Below are positions 1 to 9,547 of a stretch of 64,000 nucleotides of DNA, in pieces. Each line of letters begins with the position of its first letter. The first letter of the stretch is position 1. The position numbers and the translations under genes were made by a program. This stretch comes from Oscillospiraceae bacterium (lineage in GTDB: Bacteria; Bacillota; Clostridia; Oscillospirales; Ruminococcaceae): positions 6,246-70,245 of the forward strand of contig SVOZ01000002.1 of assembly GCA_015066115.1 (NCBI GenBank). Direction: 5' to 3'. The notes below the pieces were generated by a model, which saw nothing but the letters and a program-made list of their open reading frames with translations, made no database searches and had not been told where the DNA came from.

Positions 1-10
1 AGCAAACACA

Positions 11-45
11 AAAGGGAGAAACCGATTGGTTTCTCCCTTTTTTCT
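11..45 (-). terminator. Rho-independent terminator after the beta-CASP hydrolase gene
   Basis: Perfect 10-bp stem GGGAGAAACC (14-23) / GGTTTCTCCC (28-37) with a 4-nt loop and flanking A/T runs. It lies just 3' of the minus-strand stop at 47. Confidence 0.75.
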
Positions 46-46
46 T

Positions 47-1642
47 TTATTTATTCTTCTTTAAAAAGGCATTAAGCTGCTTTGTCATATTAGTAATATC
101 CCGATTTGCTCTACCCTTGCAGGCTTTTACAAAGTCAAGCACCTGCTCAGCCGTGTAAACAAGCTCATCGTGCAGTGCGTTTGTGCGTTCTTTTGCCTGC
201 ATCGCCTTAATTGCAGGAATGCCTTGTGTTAAAATCTCAAACTCGCCCTCAAAGAGATTGTAAACACTTCCGCTAAATGGTGCTGTGGCATTATAGCCAA
301 GCCTACCGAGCTCTGCAGCAAAATCGGTGCAGGAATCGTCATCGCCGTGATTTACGATAACCTGCCTCGGCTTTTTCTCAAAGCCGGAAAGCCAGCTTAA
401 AAGGCCGTTTTTATCGGCGTGACCGCTGACACCTGCAAGGTAGCAGATCTCGGCCTTAACCTCAACCTCTTCTGAGAAGAGCTTTACCTTTTTTGCGCCC
501 TCAAAGATGATCCTGCCGAGTGTTCCCTCTGCCTGATAGCCTACAAACAGCACCGTTGACTCAGGACGCCAGAGGTTATGTTTTAAATGGTGCCTTATTC
601 TTCCCGCCTCACACATTCCGCTGGCAGAAATTATAACCTTGGGATTAGGATCATCGTTTATGGCTTTGGACTCGTTGCTTGTTTTTGAGCAAACAAGCCC
701 GTCAAACCAGAATGGATTTATTCCCTGACGGACAAGCTGGGCCGCCTCAGCATCAACCGAATCGATGTTGCACTGAATGTATATCTTAGTTGCTTCCTCT
801 GCAAGCGGACTGTCTACATAAACCGAAAAGCCGTCAAAGCCACGAACAAGGCCCTGCGCCTTAATTTCTCTTATATAATAGAGAATTTCCTGCGTTCTGC
901 CAACGGCAAAGGAAGGAATAACAACATTTCCGCCGCGCTTAAAGGTTCTCTCAATAATTTCGGCAAGCACATTTATATTGTCGGGATGCTCCTTGTGCTC
1001 TCTGTTTCCGTAGGTGGACTCTATAACAACGCAGTCGGCATCGGCGACTGTTTTGGGGTCGTTTACAATGGGGCGGTTTATATTTCCTACATCGCCGCTG
1101 AAAACGATTTTCTCGGTCCTTCCGTTTTCGGTTACCCAGATCTCTATGCAGGCAGAGCCCAAAAGGTGACCTATATCTGTAAATCTTATTTCAACATTTT
1201 CAAGCACCTGAACGGTTTCGCCGTACACGCAGGGACGCATATGTGATAAAATGACCTCAGTATCTTCCATTGTGTAAAGAGGCTCATATGGCTTTTTGCC
1301 TGAGCGCTTTGCCTTTCTATTCTGCCACTCTGCCTCAAAAAGCTGGATATGAGTGGAGTCTCTGAGCATTATGTCGCAAAGCGAGCAGGTTGCCTCTGTG
1401 GCGTACACGCTTCCCTTAAAGCCGCCTTTTGCAAGCAAAGGAAGGTTTCCCGAATGGTCGATGTGGGCGTGGGTTAAAAGCACAAAATCTATATCAGCAG
1501 GGCTTACGGGGAGCTTCTGGTTTTCAAAAATGTCCTTTCCCTGCTCCATTCCGCAGTCAACTAAAAACTTATGTCCGTTTGTTTCGAGCAAGGTAAGGCT
1601 TCCTGTTACCTCATGGGCCGCGCCTAAAAATGTTATTTTCAT
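47..1642 (-). CDS. MBL-fold beta-CASP family hydrolase (RNA-metabolising metallo-beta-lactamase, CPSF/RNase J-like)
   Basis: 531-aa ORF with the HxHxDH motif (THAHIDHSG), a beta-CASP-sized insert and a C-terminal GHADKNGL motif. RBS GGGAGGG precedes the ATG. Confidence 0.8.
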   Translation of the reverse strand: MKITFLGAAHEVTGSLTLLETNGHKFLVDCGMEQGKDIFENQKLPVSPADIDFVLLTHAHIDHSGNLPLLAKGGFKGSVYATEATCSLCDIMLRDSTHIQLFEAEWQNRKAKRSGKKPYEPLYTMEDTEVILSHMRPCVYGETVQVLENVEIRFTDIGHLLGSACIEIWVTENGRTEKIVFSGDVGNINRPIVNDPKTVADADCVVIESTYGNREHKEHPDNINVLAEIIERTFKRGGNVVIPSFAVGRTQEILYYIREIKAQGLVRGFDGFSVYVDSPLAEEATKIYIQCNIDSVDAEAAQLVRQGINPFWFDGLVCSKTSNESKAINDDPNPKVIISASGMCEAGRIRHHLKHNLWRPESTVLFVGYQAEGTLGRIIFEGAKKVKLFSEEVEVKAEICYLAGVSGHADKNGLLSWLSGFEKKPRQVIVNHGDDDSCTDFAAELGRLGYNATAPFSGSVYNLFEGEFEILTQGIPAIKAMQAKERTNALHDELVYTAEQVLDFVKACKGRANRDITNMTKQLNAFLKKNK

Positions 1643-1735
1643 AATGTCCCTCCCGACTTTTTACTATTATCAATATACCACATTTGCGCCTTTTATTCAA
1701 CCAAAAAACTTAAAAAATGGAATATATGCATAATT

Positions 1736-1826
1736 TTCTTATAAATATTCACTTTTATAATGTATATTCGTTTGTTTTATTCATAAATAACAAAATATTT
1801 TGCAAATTTATGCATAAATATTCGTA
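1736..1826 (+). promoter_or_regulatory. Candidate ArgR/AhrC operator (ARG-box-like sites) upstream of argG
   Basis: TATGCATAAATATTCGTA (1809-1826) matches the ARG box TNTGAATWWWWATTCANW at 16 of 18 positions by hand alignment and sits 6 nt before the -35 element. A weaker box, TTCTTATAAATATTCACT, lies at 1736-1753. Confidence 0.4.
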
Positions 1827-1832
1827 ATAGGC

Positions 1833-1860
1833 TTGACAAAAGCAATTTCTATTGTATAAT
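1833..1860 (+). promoter_or_regulatory. SigA-type promoter of argG-argH
   Basis: TTGACA (1833-1838), 16-nt spacer, TATAAT (1855-1860), located 45 nt upstream of the argG ATG. Confidence 0.65.
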
Positions 1861-1904
1861 AGTGAGTATATGAAAAAAGCATTTTATGCAGGAGGCATTT
1901 TATT

Positions 1905-3122
1905 ATGAACAAAGAAAACATCAAAAAGGTAGTTTTAGCTTATTCGGGCGGTCTTGATACATCAATCATTATTCCCTGGCTCAAGGAAAACTACAACAAC
2001 TGCGAAGTTATCGCAGTTTCGGGTAACGTTGGTCAGGCTGATGAGCTTGAGGGTCTTGAGGAAAAGGCTCTTAAAACAGGTGCTTCAAAGCTCTATGTTC
2101 TTGACCAGACCGACGAGTATGTTGATGAGTACATCATCCCTACAATGAAGGCAGGCGCAGTTTACGAGGAGTACCTTCTCGGCACAAGCCACGCACGTCC
2201 CCTTATTGCAAAGGGACTTGTTGAGATAGCTAAAAAAGAGGGCGCAGATGCCATCTGCCACGGCTGTACAGGTAAAGGAAACGACCAGGTTCGTTTTGAG
2301 CTTGCAATAAAGCATTTCGCTCCCAATATGCCTATTATTGCTCCCTGGCGTGAGTGGGATATAAAATCGCGTGAAGAGGAAATTGAGTATGCCGAGGCAC
2401 ACAACATTCCCCTTAAGATAAACCGCGAAACCAACTATTCAAAGGACAAAAACCTCTGGCACCTATCACACGAAGGCATGGACCTTGAGGACACAGGAAA
2501 CGAGCCGCAATACGAAAAGCCGGGATTTCTTGAAATGGGCGTTTCTCCCATTATGGCTCCCGACAAGCCGACCTATATTGAGCTTGACTTTGAAAAGGGC
2601 GTTCCCGTTGCTCTCAACGGCGAAAAGATGAGCGCTAAAAACATCATCTTGAAGCTTAACGAGATCGGCGGCGCTAACGGAATCGGAATTATCGACATCG
2701 TTGAAAACCGTCTTGTTGGTATGAAATGCCGCGGCGTTTATGAAACTCCGGGCGGAACCATTCTCTACAAGGCACACAATGTGCTTGAGACCATCTGCCT
2801 TGACAAGATGACAATGCACGAAAAGCAAAAGCTTTCCATCACCTTTGCAGAGCTTGTTTACAACGGCCAGTGGTTCACTCCGCTCCGCGAGGCTCTCTCG
2901 GCATTCGTTGATAAGACTCAGGAAAAGGTTACAGGTAAGGTTCGCTTAAAGCTTTACAAGGGCAATATGATAAACGCCGGAGTTTGGAGCCCCTATTCGC
3001 TTTACAGCGAAGAGATTGCAACCTTTGGCGAGAGCGATTACGACCAGAGGGATTCGGCAGGATTTATCAATCTCTACGGTCTTCCCATTAAGGTTCAGGC
3101 GCTCGTTGACGGCAAAAAATAA
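1905..3122 (+). CDS. argG: Argininosuccinate synthase
   Basis: 405 aa with N-terminal [12 protein letters not shown] (the N-type ATP pyrophosphatase motif) and full-length resemblance to ArgG. RBS AGGAGG. Confidence 0.95.
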   Translation: MNKENIKKVVLAYSGGLDTSIIIPWLKENYNNCEVIAVSGNVGQADELEGLEEKALKTGASKLYVLDQTDEYVDEYIIPTMKAGAVYEEYLLGTSHARPLIAKGLVEIAKKEGADAICHGCTGKGNDQVRFELAIKHFAPNMPIIAPWREWDIKSREEEIEYAEAHNIPLKINRETNYSKDKNLWHLSHEGMDLEDTGNEPQYEKPGFLEMGVSPIMAPDKPTYIELDFEKGVPVALNGEKMSAKNIILKLNEIGGANGIGIIDIVENRLVGMKCRGVYETPGGTILYKAHNVLETICLDKMTMHEKQKLSITFAELVYNGQWFTPLREALSAFVDKTQEKVTGKVRLKLYKGNMINAGVWSPYSLYSEEIATFGESDYDQRDSAGFINLYGLPIKVQALVDGKK

Positions 3123-3133
3123 GATTTAAGTTT

Positions 3134-3163
3134 GTCGAAATAGTGAGAGATCACTATTTCGAC
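3134..3163 (+). other. Intercistronic stem-loop between argG and argH
   Basis: Perfect 13-bp inverted repeat GTCGAAATAGTGA (3134-3146) / TCACTATTTCGAC (3151-3163) with loop GAGA. No U-tract follows it. Confidence 0.6.
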
Positions 3164-3188
3164 ATTCATTATAGGAGAGAAGTTTACA

Positions 3189-4559
3189 ATGGCTAAAATG
3201 TGGGCAGGAAGGACAAGCGGCGACACAAACAAGCTTGCCGACGATTTTAATTCTTCCATTCATTTTGACTGCAAGATGTACAAAGAGGATATAAAGGGCA
3301 GCATGGCGCACGCTATGATGCTCAGTGCTAAAAATATCATTTCGCAAAAGGATGCCGATGCTCTTGTTGAGGGCTTGGAGGGCATTTTAAATGATTTAGA
3401 AAGCGGCGCCCTCTCATTTGATATGTCCTGCGAGGATATTCATATGTTTGTAGAGGAAGAGCTTACTAAGAGGCTCGGCGATGTCGGAAAGAAGCTTCAC
3501 ACAGCGCGAAGCCGAAACGATCAGGTGGCTTTGGACCTCAGAATGTACCTTCGCGGCAGAATTGACACAATAAGCAGCCTTGTAAAAGAGCTTTTAGAGG
3601 TCCTAACAAACAAGGCAAGCGAGCACAAGGCTACCATAATGCCGGGCTACACACATCTTCAGAGGGCACAGCCCGTAACCTTCGGCCATCACCTTATGGC
3701 CTATGCCATGATGCTGCTTCGCGACCTTGATAGACTTTGCGACTGTAGAAAGAGAATAAACCTCTCCCCCATCGGCTGTTGTGCTCTTGCAGGCACGACA
3801 TATGACACCGACCGTTATTTTGAAGCCGAAAAGCTCGGATTTGACGGCATATGTCTTAACAGCCTTGACGGCGTTTCGGACAGAGATTTTTGTTTAGAGC
3901 TTTTATCGGCACTTTCCATTTTAATGATGCACCTTTCCCGTTTTTCAGAGGAGATAATCCTTTGGTCAAGCTGGGAGTTTAAGTTTATTGAGCTTTCGGA
4001 TTCATTCACAACAGGCTCATCCATTATGCCGCAAAAGAAAAATCCCGATATGGCAGAGTTAGTGCGCGGAAAAACAGGCAGGGTCTACGGAGATCTTATG
4101 GCGCTTTTAACCACACTCAAAGGCCTTCCCCTTGCATATAATAAGGATATGCAGGAGGACAAGGAAAGTATTTTTGACGCCTGCGACACCGCCGAGATGT
4201 GCCTTTCTGTTTTTGTTCCTATGATAGACGAAATGAGCGTTTGCGAGAGCAATATGAAAAAGGCGGCACAGGGCGGCTTTATAAACGCCACCGACCTTGC
4301 CGATTACCTCGTTAAAAAGGGCCTTCCCTTCAGAAGCGCCTACAAGATTTCGGGACAGATCGTTGCAAAATGCATTAGCGATGGCTATGTTTTAGACACG
4401 CTTCCTTTAAGCGACTACAAGAAATTTTCCGATTTATTTGAAGAAGATGTTTATGAGGAGATCTCGCTTGAAACCTGCGTTGCAAAGCGCATAAGCGAGG
4501 GCGGAACATCCGTTGCTTCGGTTGAAAAGCAAATTGAATATGTAAAGAGTAAGATATAA
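3189..4559 (+). CDS. argH: Argininosuccinate lyase
   Basis: 456 aa with fumarate-lyase family signatures (GSSIMPQKKNPD) and typical ArgH length. It lies directly downstream of argG. Confidence 0.95.
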   Translation: MAKMWAGRTSGDTNKLADDFNSSIHFDCKMYKEDIKGSMAHAMMLSAKNIISQKDADALVEGLEGILNDLESGALSFDMSCEDIHMFVEEELTKRLGDVGKKLHTARSRNDQVALDLRMYLRGRIDTISSLVKELLEVLTNKASEHKATIMPGYTHLQRAQPVTFGHHLMAYAMMLLRDLDRLCDCRKRINLSPIGCCALAGTTYDTDRYFEAEKLGFDGICLNSLDGVSDRDFCLELLSALSILMMHLSRFSEEIILWSSWEFKFIELSDSFTTGSSIMPQKKNPDMAELVRGKTGRVYGDLMALLTTLKGLPLAYNKDMQEDKESIFDACDTAEMCLSVFVPMIDEMSVCESNMKKAAQGGFINATDLADYLVKKGLPFRSAYKISGQIVAKCISDGYVLDTLPLSDYKKFSDLFEEDVYEEISLETCVAKRISEGGTSVASVEKQIEYVKSKI

Positions 4560-4561
4560 AA

Positions 4562-4597
4562 ACAAGCCCGTGGCAAGTGCCACGGGCTTGTTTTTTT
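4562..4597. terminator. Bidirectional rho-independent terminator (argH / tex)
   Basis: ACAAGCCCGTGGCA / TGCCACGGGCTTGT stem followed by T7, placed between convergent genes. Confidence 0.8.
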
Positions 4598-6743
4598 AGA
4601 TATCTTTCATTGTTAGGGAGATGCGCATTTTATTAAGGTCGACAGAGAGGATCTTAACATCGACAACATCTCCGACCTTTAAAACTTCGGACGGGTGCTT
4701 TATAAACTTATTGCAGATCTGCGAAATATGAACAAGTCCGTCCTGATGCACGCCGATGTCCACAAAGGCGCCAAAATCGATAACATTCCTAACGGTTCCC
4801 TTTAAAACCATTCCGTCTTTAAGGTCCTTTATATCAAGAACATCGGTTCTGAGCATCGGGGGAGGAAGTTCGTCACGAACATCTCTTCCCGGCTGAGCAA
4901 GCTCTTTGAGGATGTCATTTAATGTGGGAACGCCGACGCCGATTTTCTCTGCAACTGCTGAAACGCCTTCGGCCTCTGCCTTTTGTTTAAGCTCTGCGCC
5001 GCAGGTGGCAATATCCTTTTTGGAATAACCAAAATACTCTAAAAGGTCGCTTGCCGCTTTATACGACTCAGGGTGAACTGCTGTATTATCAAGGGGCTCG
5101 CGGCTTTCGGGAACACGCAGAAAGCCTGCGCACTGCTCATAGGCCTTGGGGCCGAGCTTTGCAACCTTTTTAAGCTCACTTCTTGACTTAAATGCGCCAT
5201 TTTCCTCTCTATAGGCCACAATATTGTTGCAAACGGTTGCCGAAAGGCCGGAAATTCGCGATAAAAGGGCTGGAGATGCGGTGTTAAGATCTGCTCCGAC
5301 TGTGTTAACACAGTCTTCCACAACGCCGTCAAGCGCCTCAGCGAGTCTTTTTGGCGGCATATCGTGCTGATACTGGCCGACTCCGATTGCCTTGGGGTCA
5401 ATTTTAACAAGCTCTGCAAGGGGGTCCTGAAGTCTTCTTGCGATAGAAACTGCGCTTCTTAAGGTAAGGTCAAAATCGGGGAGCTCTGCGGCGGCAAGCT
5501 TTGATGCCGAATAAACCGATGCGCCTGCCTCGCTTACAACCATATAGGCGACCTTATCGTCAATTTCGCCGATTGTCTGGGCGGTAAACATCTCGGTTTC
5601 CTTTGATGCCGTTCCATTTCCGATTGCGATAATCTCGACCTTGTGCTTTTTAATCATAGATTTAAGCACAGTCTTTGATTTTTCTATCTGAGCATCCGAA
5701 TGAGTCGGGTAAATAACCGAGGTGTCCAAAACTCTGCCTGTTGCATCAACAACGGCCAGCTTACAGCCTGTTCGATAGCCGGGGTCAAGACCGATGGCAA
5801 CCTTGCCCTTTACGGGAGCCTGCATTAAAAGCTGATGCAGGTTAGTTCCGAAAACGGCTATTGCCTGCTCTGCTGCCTTGGCTGTCAGCTCATTTCGCAC
5901 CTCGCGCTCTATCGAAGGGAATATAAGTCTATTATACGAATCCTCGCCCGCCTCTATAACAGCTTTGCCGCAGGCATTATTTGCCTTTACCATTATCTTT
6001 GAAATTACCGAAAGCATCTTTTCGCTATCGGCAAGGATTGAAACCTTTAAAAAGCCCTCTTTTTCGCCGCGGTCGATAGCCAAAACTCTGTGTCCCGCAA
6101 TTTTTGAAACAGCCTCGGAAAACTCATAGTACATTGAATAAACACTGTCGGTGTCTTCTTTTGCGGCACAGGAAGTAACTATTCCGCCGAGCATTACAAG
6201 GTTTCTGATTCTCTTTCTTATTTCGGCGTTGTCCGAAATGTCCTCCGCGATTATATCAAGTGCGCCATTAAGGGCATCCTCGGCTGTTTCAACGCCCTTT
6301 TCACTATCGACAAATTCCTCTGCCTTTACAATAGGAATAAGGGTGTCATCATCCTGTGCCAAAATAATCTGTGCAAGAGGCTCTAAGCCCTTTTCCTTTG
6401 CAACAGATGCCCTTGTTTTTCTCTTGGGGCGGAAGGGCCTGTAAATATCGTCAATTTCAGAGAGGGTTTTGGCGTTGTCGAGCGCTAAGGAAATTTCGTC
6501 GGTAAGCTTCTCTTGCGCCGCGATAAGACCTCTAACCTCTTCCCTGCGCTCATCAAGAGAACGCAAATAAGCAAGGCGCTCGGAGATCTCGCGGATAAGC
6601 TGATCATCCATCGAGCCGTGCATTTCCTTTCTGTATCGAGCGATAAAAGGAATGGTGTTTCCCTCGTCGAGCAGGGCGATAATATTTGCCACATACTGCT
6701 CGTTTACTTTAAACTGTTCGGATAATTTTTGGGCGTAATTCAT
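4596..6743 (-). CDS. tex: Tex-like transcription accessory protein with an S1 RNA-binding domain
   Basis: 715 aa. The N-terminus IPFIARYRKE and the C-terminal S1 domain (GTVRNVIDFGAFVDIGVHQDGLVHISQ) are typical of Tex/YhgF. Confidence 0.9.
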   Translation of the reverse strand: MNYAQKLSEQFKVNEQYVANIIALLDEGNTIPFIARYRKEMHGSMDDQLIREISERLAYLRSLDERREEVRGLIAAQEKLTDEISLALDNAKTLSEIDDIYRPFRPKRKTRASVAKEKGLEPLAQIILAQDDDTLIPIVKAEEFVDSEKGVETAEDALNGALDIIAEDISDNAEIRKRIRNLVMLGGIVTSCAAKEDTDSVYSMYYEFSEAVSKIAGHRVLAIDRGEKEGFLKVSILADSEKMLSVISKIMVKANNACGKAVIEAGEDSYNRLIFPSIEREVRNELTAKAAEQAIAVFGTNLHQLLMQAPVKGKVAIGLDPGYRTGCKLAVVDATGRVLDTSVIYPTHSDAQIEKSKTVLKSMIKKHKVEIIAIGNGTASKETEMFTAQTIGEIDDKVAYMVVSEAGASVYSASKLAAAELPDFDLTLRSAVSIARRLQDPLAELVKIDPKAIGVGQYQHDMPPKRLAEALDGVVEDCVNTVGADLNTASPALLSRISGLSATVCNNIVAYREENGAFKSRSELKKVAKLGPKAYEQCAGFLRVPESREPLDNTAVHPESYKAASDLLEYFGYSKKDIATCGAELKQKAEAEGVSAVAEKIGVGVPTLNDILKELAQPGRDVRDELPPPMLRTDVLDIKDLKDGMVLKGTVRNVIDFGAFVDIGVHQDGLVHISQICNKFIKHPSEVLKVGDVVDVKILSVDLNKMRISLTMKDI

Positions 6744-6810
6744 TTTGATTTCCTTTCGGTCTGTTATTACTTAAATTATATCATATTTCGGCTTAAAATC
6801 AAAGCATTTT

Positions 6811-7722
6811 TTAGTTTTTATAGGCTTTTCCCTGAACTATATCGTTGTCCTCAAAATAGCGGTTTATCGAGTTTAAAACATCCTTTTTATTGCCGCTCCA
6901 AAGTGGCGCAACAAGGCTCTTTTTATCGCCGTCGCCTGTAAGGCGGCATATTACCATCTTGGGCGGCAAAAGCTCTATCGCCTTTGCCACAAGCGAGATA
7001 TATTTTTCCTTTGAGAGCACCTCAAATTCACCTTTCTCATACATTTCAAAAAGGCGGGTGTTTTTTAAAACGTGCAGAAGCTGTAATTTCACGCCATCGG
7101 CGCCGCTTTCCCCAACATAGCGCACAGTTTGAAGCATCATCTCTTCTGTTTCAAAAGGCAGGCCTAAAATAATGTGGTAAACCACCTCAATATCTGCCTC
7201 TTTTAGTCTTTTAAGCGCGGTTTCGTATTCGCAAAGCTCACAACAGCGGTTTATAAGCTTTGCAGTTTTGTCGTGAACAGTCTGAAGTCCCATCTCGACG
7301 GTTACGGGAACAATTAGGTTAATTTTCTTTAAAACCTCTATTATTTCGCCCTCCAAACAGTCGGCGCGGGTGGCAACAGAGACGGCCTCTATATTGGGAT
7401 GCTCTGCCGCAGACAAAAGATATTCGTAAAGCCTTTGAGGCTCTGTATATGTGCTTGTAAAGCTTTGAAAATATGCGATATATTTTCCGCCGCGGTTTTT
7501 CTTTTCAACAAGTTTTTTTGCATCCTCTATCTGCTCAAAAATGCTTTTATTTACATCCTCGGCAAAATCGCCCGAACCGCCTTTTGAGCAAAAAATACAG
7601 CCGCCGATGCCTTTACTGCCGTCGCGATTTGGGCAGGTGCTTGAAATGGAAAGAGAAAGCTTATACATCTTTTTGCCAAACTTGTTTTTAAGATAATCGT
7701 TATAGGAATAATATCTCTGCAT
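6811..7722 (-). CDS. TIGR01212-family radical SAM protein
   Basis: CPNRDGSKGIGGCIFC cluster near the N-terminus, with YhcC-like length. I moved the start to the internal ATG at 7722 (MQRYYSY), which follows AAGGCGGTG. The ORF track extends to 7773. Confidence 0.8.
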   Translation of the reverse strand: MQRYYSYNDYLKNKFGKKMYKLSLSISSTCPNRDGSKGIGGCIFCSKGGSGDFAEDVNKSIFEQIEDAKKLVEKKNRGGKYIAYFQSFTSTYTEPQRLYEYLLSAAEHPNIEAVSVATRADCLEGEIIEVLKKINLIVPVTVEMGLQTVHDKTAKLINRCCELCEYETALKRLKEADIEVVYHIILGLPFETEEMMLQTVRYVGESGADGVKLQLLHVLKNTRLFEMYEKGEFEVLSKEKYISLVAKAIELLPPKMVICRLTGDGDKKSLVAPLWSGNKKDVLNSINRYFEDNDIVQGKAYKN

Positions 7723-7760
7723 TTTTTCACCGCCTTTTAAAAAGATTATACCACTTTTTA

Positions 7761-7789
7761 GTGCAAACTGCAATCAAATATGTTATACT
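7761..7789 (+). promoter_or_regulatory. Candidate promoter of nnrD (extended -10)
   Basis: TGtTATACT at 7781-7789 with a weak -35 (GTGCAA, 7761-7766) and a 17-nt spacer. Confidence 0.35.
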
Positions 7790-7812
7790 AAAAGCATCAA
7801 GGAGGTTTTTAT

Positions 7813-8691
7813 ATGAACGAGCCTTTTATACTTAACAAAGATTACATATGCAGGTTTATAAAGCCAAGAGTGCGCGACTGCAACAAGGGCGATTTCGGCA
7901 GGCTTTTAATAGTCGCTTCCTGCTTTAATATGAGCGGCGCTATCTCAATTGCGACAAGGGCGGCGCTACGGAGCGGAGCGGGGCTTGTTTTTGCCGCATC
8001 GAGCGCTTCCGCTCTTATGCCTGTGCGCATAAACACCCCGGAAGCAGTTTTAATTCCCCTTGCCGAAACCAAAGAGGGACAAATCTCCTTTAAAAATGCC
8101 GACCTGCTTATAGAAAAAGCAAACTCCTGCTCGGCGCTTGTTTTAGGGTGTGGGCTCTCTGTTTGCGGCGACACCGAAAAGCTTGTTAAAAAGATAATAA
8201 CAAGCGTAAATGTGCCGATAGTGCTGGATGCAGACGGAATAAACATCATAGCCAAAGACATAAACATATTAAAGAACACCGCTGCGCCAATCATAATAAC
8301 GCCGCATTTAAAGGAAATGTCTCGGCTTTGCGGCAAGGATGTCGACTTTATCAAAAGCAACAAGGAAAGCGTTGCCGCAGAGTTTTCAAAAGAATACAGG
8401 GTCACATTGATACTCAAAGATTTTGAAACCGTTGTTTCAGATAACAGCGGCAGGCTTTTTAGAAATCTCGGCGGCCATCCCTGCATGGCAAAGGGCGGAA
8501 GCGGAGATATGCTTTCGGGAATGGTCGGTGCGTTTTTAGCGCAGGGCATAGCACCCTTGGATGCCGCCTGCTGTGCTGTTTTTATGCACGCGCGTGCAGG
8601 AGAGATATGCGGAGAAGAGATGGGCTGTTACAGTGTGCTTGCAAGCGACCTTACTAATGTGCTTTACAAGGTGTTCAAAGAAATACTTTAG
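7813..8691 (+). CDS. nnrD: ADP-dependent NAD(P)H-hydrate dehydratase (YjeF C-terminal type)
   Basis: 292 aa with GDFGRLLIV..., a carbohydrate-kinase-like fold and the KGGSGDMLSG motif. RBS AAGGAGG. Confidence 0.85.
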   Translation: MNEPFILNKDYICRFIKPRVRDCNKGDFGRLLIVASCFNMSGAISIATRAALRSGAGLVFAASSASALMPVRINTPEAVLIPLAETKEGQISFKNADLLIEKANSCSALVLGCGLSVCGDTEKLVKKIITSVNVPIVLDADGINIIAKDINILKNTAAPIIITPHLKEMSRLCGKDVDFIKSNKESVAAEFSKEYRVTLILKDFETVVSDNSGRLFRNLGGHPCMAKGGSGDMLSGMVGAFLAQGIAPLDAACCAVFMHARAGEICGEEMGCYSVLASDLTNVLYKVFKEIL

Positions 8692-8731
8692 GTGCGGGGG
8701 TTTCCCTGCGCTTTAACTGCGGAGGGATTTT

Positions 8732-9238
8732 TTGAAAAAAGCACTGTCAATTTTTTTAGTTTTTATTTTATTTAGTTTTTCGTCCTGCACAGCAAGAGGC
8801 AAAGAAAGCGCTCACATCAACACAAACGCTCCGTTTACCTGCACAGCACAGATAAACTACGACTCCCTTTCGCTTACGGGCAGGCTTACATTCAGAAATG
8901 CGGCAAGCGCGAGCCTTGAGTTTTTAGAGCCGAGCGAGGTTGCGGGGCTTGTGTTTGAGCTGACCTCTGACGGCGTCAGCGCAAAATACAAGGGGCTAAG
9001 CTTTTCTCTGCCCGACAGCGTGGCTAATTCTGCTGCAAATTTAATTTTTTCTTCGCTATCCTCTGCCGACAGCAAAACCCCCATAAGTCAGAGCTCAGAC
9101 CAATTTATTATTAAGGGCGAGCTTGGAGGCAAGGAATACAGGCTTGTTTTTGACAGCAAAAGCGGAGAACTAACGGCTCTTTACGCCGATAGTTTAAACT
9201 TTAAGGCTGAGTTTAAAAATTTTAAATATTTGGACTAA
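8732..9238 (+). CDS. Putative lipoprotein, function unknown
   Basis: TTG start 6 nt after GGAGGG. The signal peptide ends in the lipobox-like FSSC (MKKALSIFLVFILFSFSSC). I recognise no family. Confidence 0.55.
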   Translation: MKKALSIFLVFILFSFSSCTARGKESAHINTNAPFTCTAQINYDSLSLTGRLTFRNAASASLEFLEPSEVAGLVFELTSDGVSAKYKGLSFSLPDSVANSAANLIFSSLSSADSKTPISQSSDQFIIKGELGGKEYRLVFDSKSGELTALYADSLNFKAEFKNFKYLD

Positions 9239-9254
9239 AATTTTAAAAAAATAT

Positions 9255-9283
9255 TTGACAGTAGAGACGGTTTTTGATATAAT
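9255..9283 (+). promoter_or_regulatory. SigA-type promoter of the tRNA-Ala pair
   Basis: TTGACA (9255-9260), 17-nt spacer, TATAAT (9278-9283), about 30 nt before the first tRNA. Confidence 0.75.
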
Positions 9284-9314
9284 ACACTTTGTTGATATTA
9301 AAAATCGTTTATAC

Positions 9315-9390
9315 GGGCCTGTAGCGCAGCTGGGAGCGCACCACACTGGCAGTGTGGGGGTCGTGGGTTCGAATCCCATCAGGTCCACCA
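9315..9390 (+). tRNA. tRNA-Ala (anticodon GGC), CCA encoded
   Basis: Cloverleaf folded by hand: 7-bp acceptor stem with G3:U70, D arm GCGC/GCGC, anticodon stem CCACA/TGTGG with loop CTGGCAG, T arm GTGGG-TTCGAAT-CCCAT, 76 nt. Confidence 0.9.
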
Positions 9391-9438
9391 TTAATGCCCT
9401 TTGTCGAGTTTTCTTGACTATGGGCATTAAATCTTTTT

Positions 9439-9514
9439 GGGCTTGTAGCTCAGCTGGGAGAGCGCTGCGTTCGCAACGCAGAGGTCGAGGGTTCGATCCC
9501 CTTTAAGTCCACCA
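9439..9514 (+). tRNA. tRNA-Ala (anticodon CGC), CCA encoded
   Basis: Cloverleaf folded by hand: acceptor stem with G3:U70, anticodon stem CTGCG/CGCAG with loop TTCGCAA, T arm GAGGG-TTCGATC-CCCTT, 76 nt. Confidence 0.9.
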
Positions 9515-9547
9515 TTTTACAAAGTCAAAGACAAAGGAGCGCTTAAA

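Noticed and set aside
7842-8549. 235-aa minus-strand ORF inside nnrD
   Set aside because: It is entirely antisense to a well-supported gene. The composition is low-complexity and Ser/Leu/Pro-rich, and there is no RBS. It is a typical shadow ORF.
9194-9506. ORFs of 77 aa (minus strand) and 83 aa (plus strand) over the tRNA locus
   Set aside because: They overlap two well-folded tRNA-Ala genes and their promoter, and they show no coding signals.
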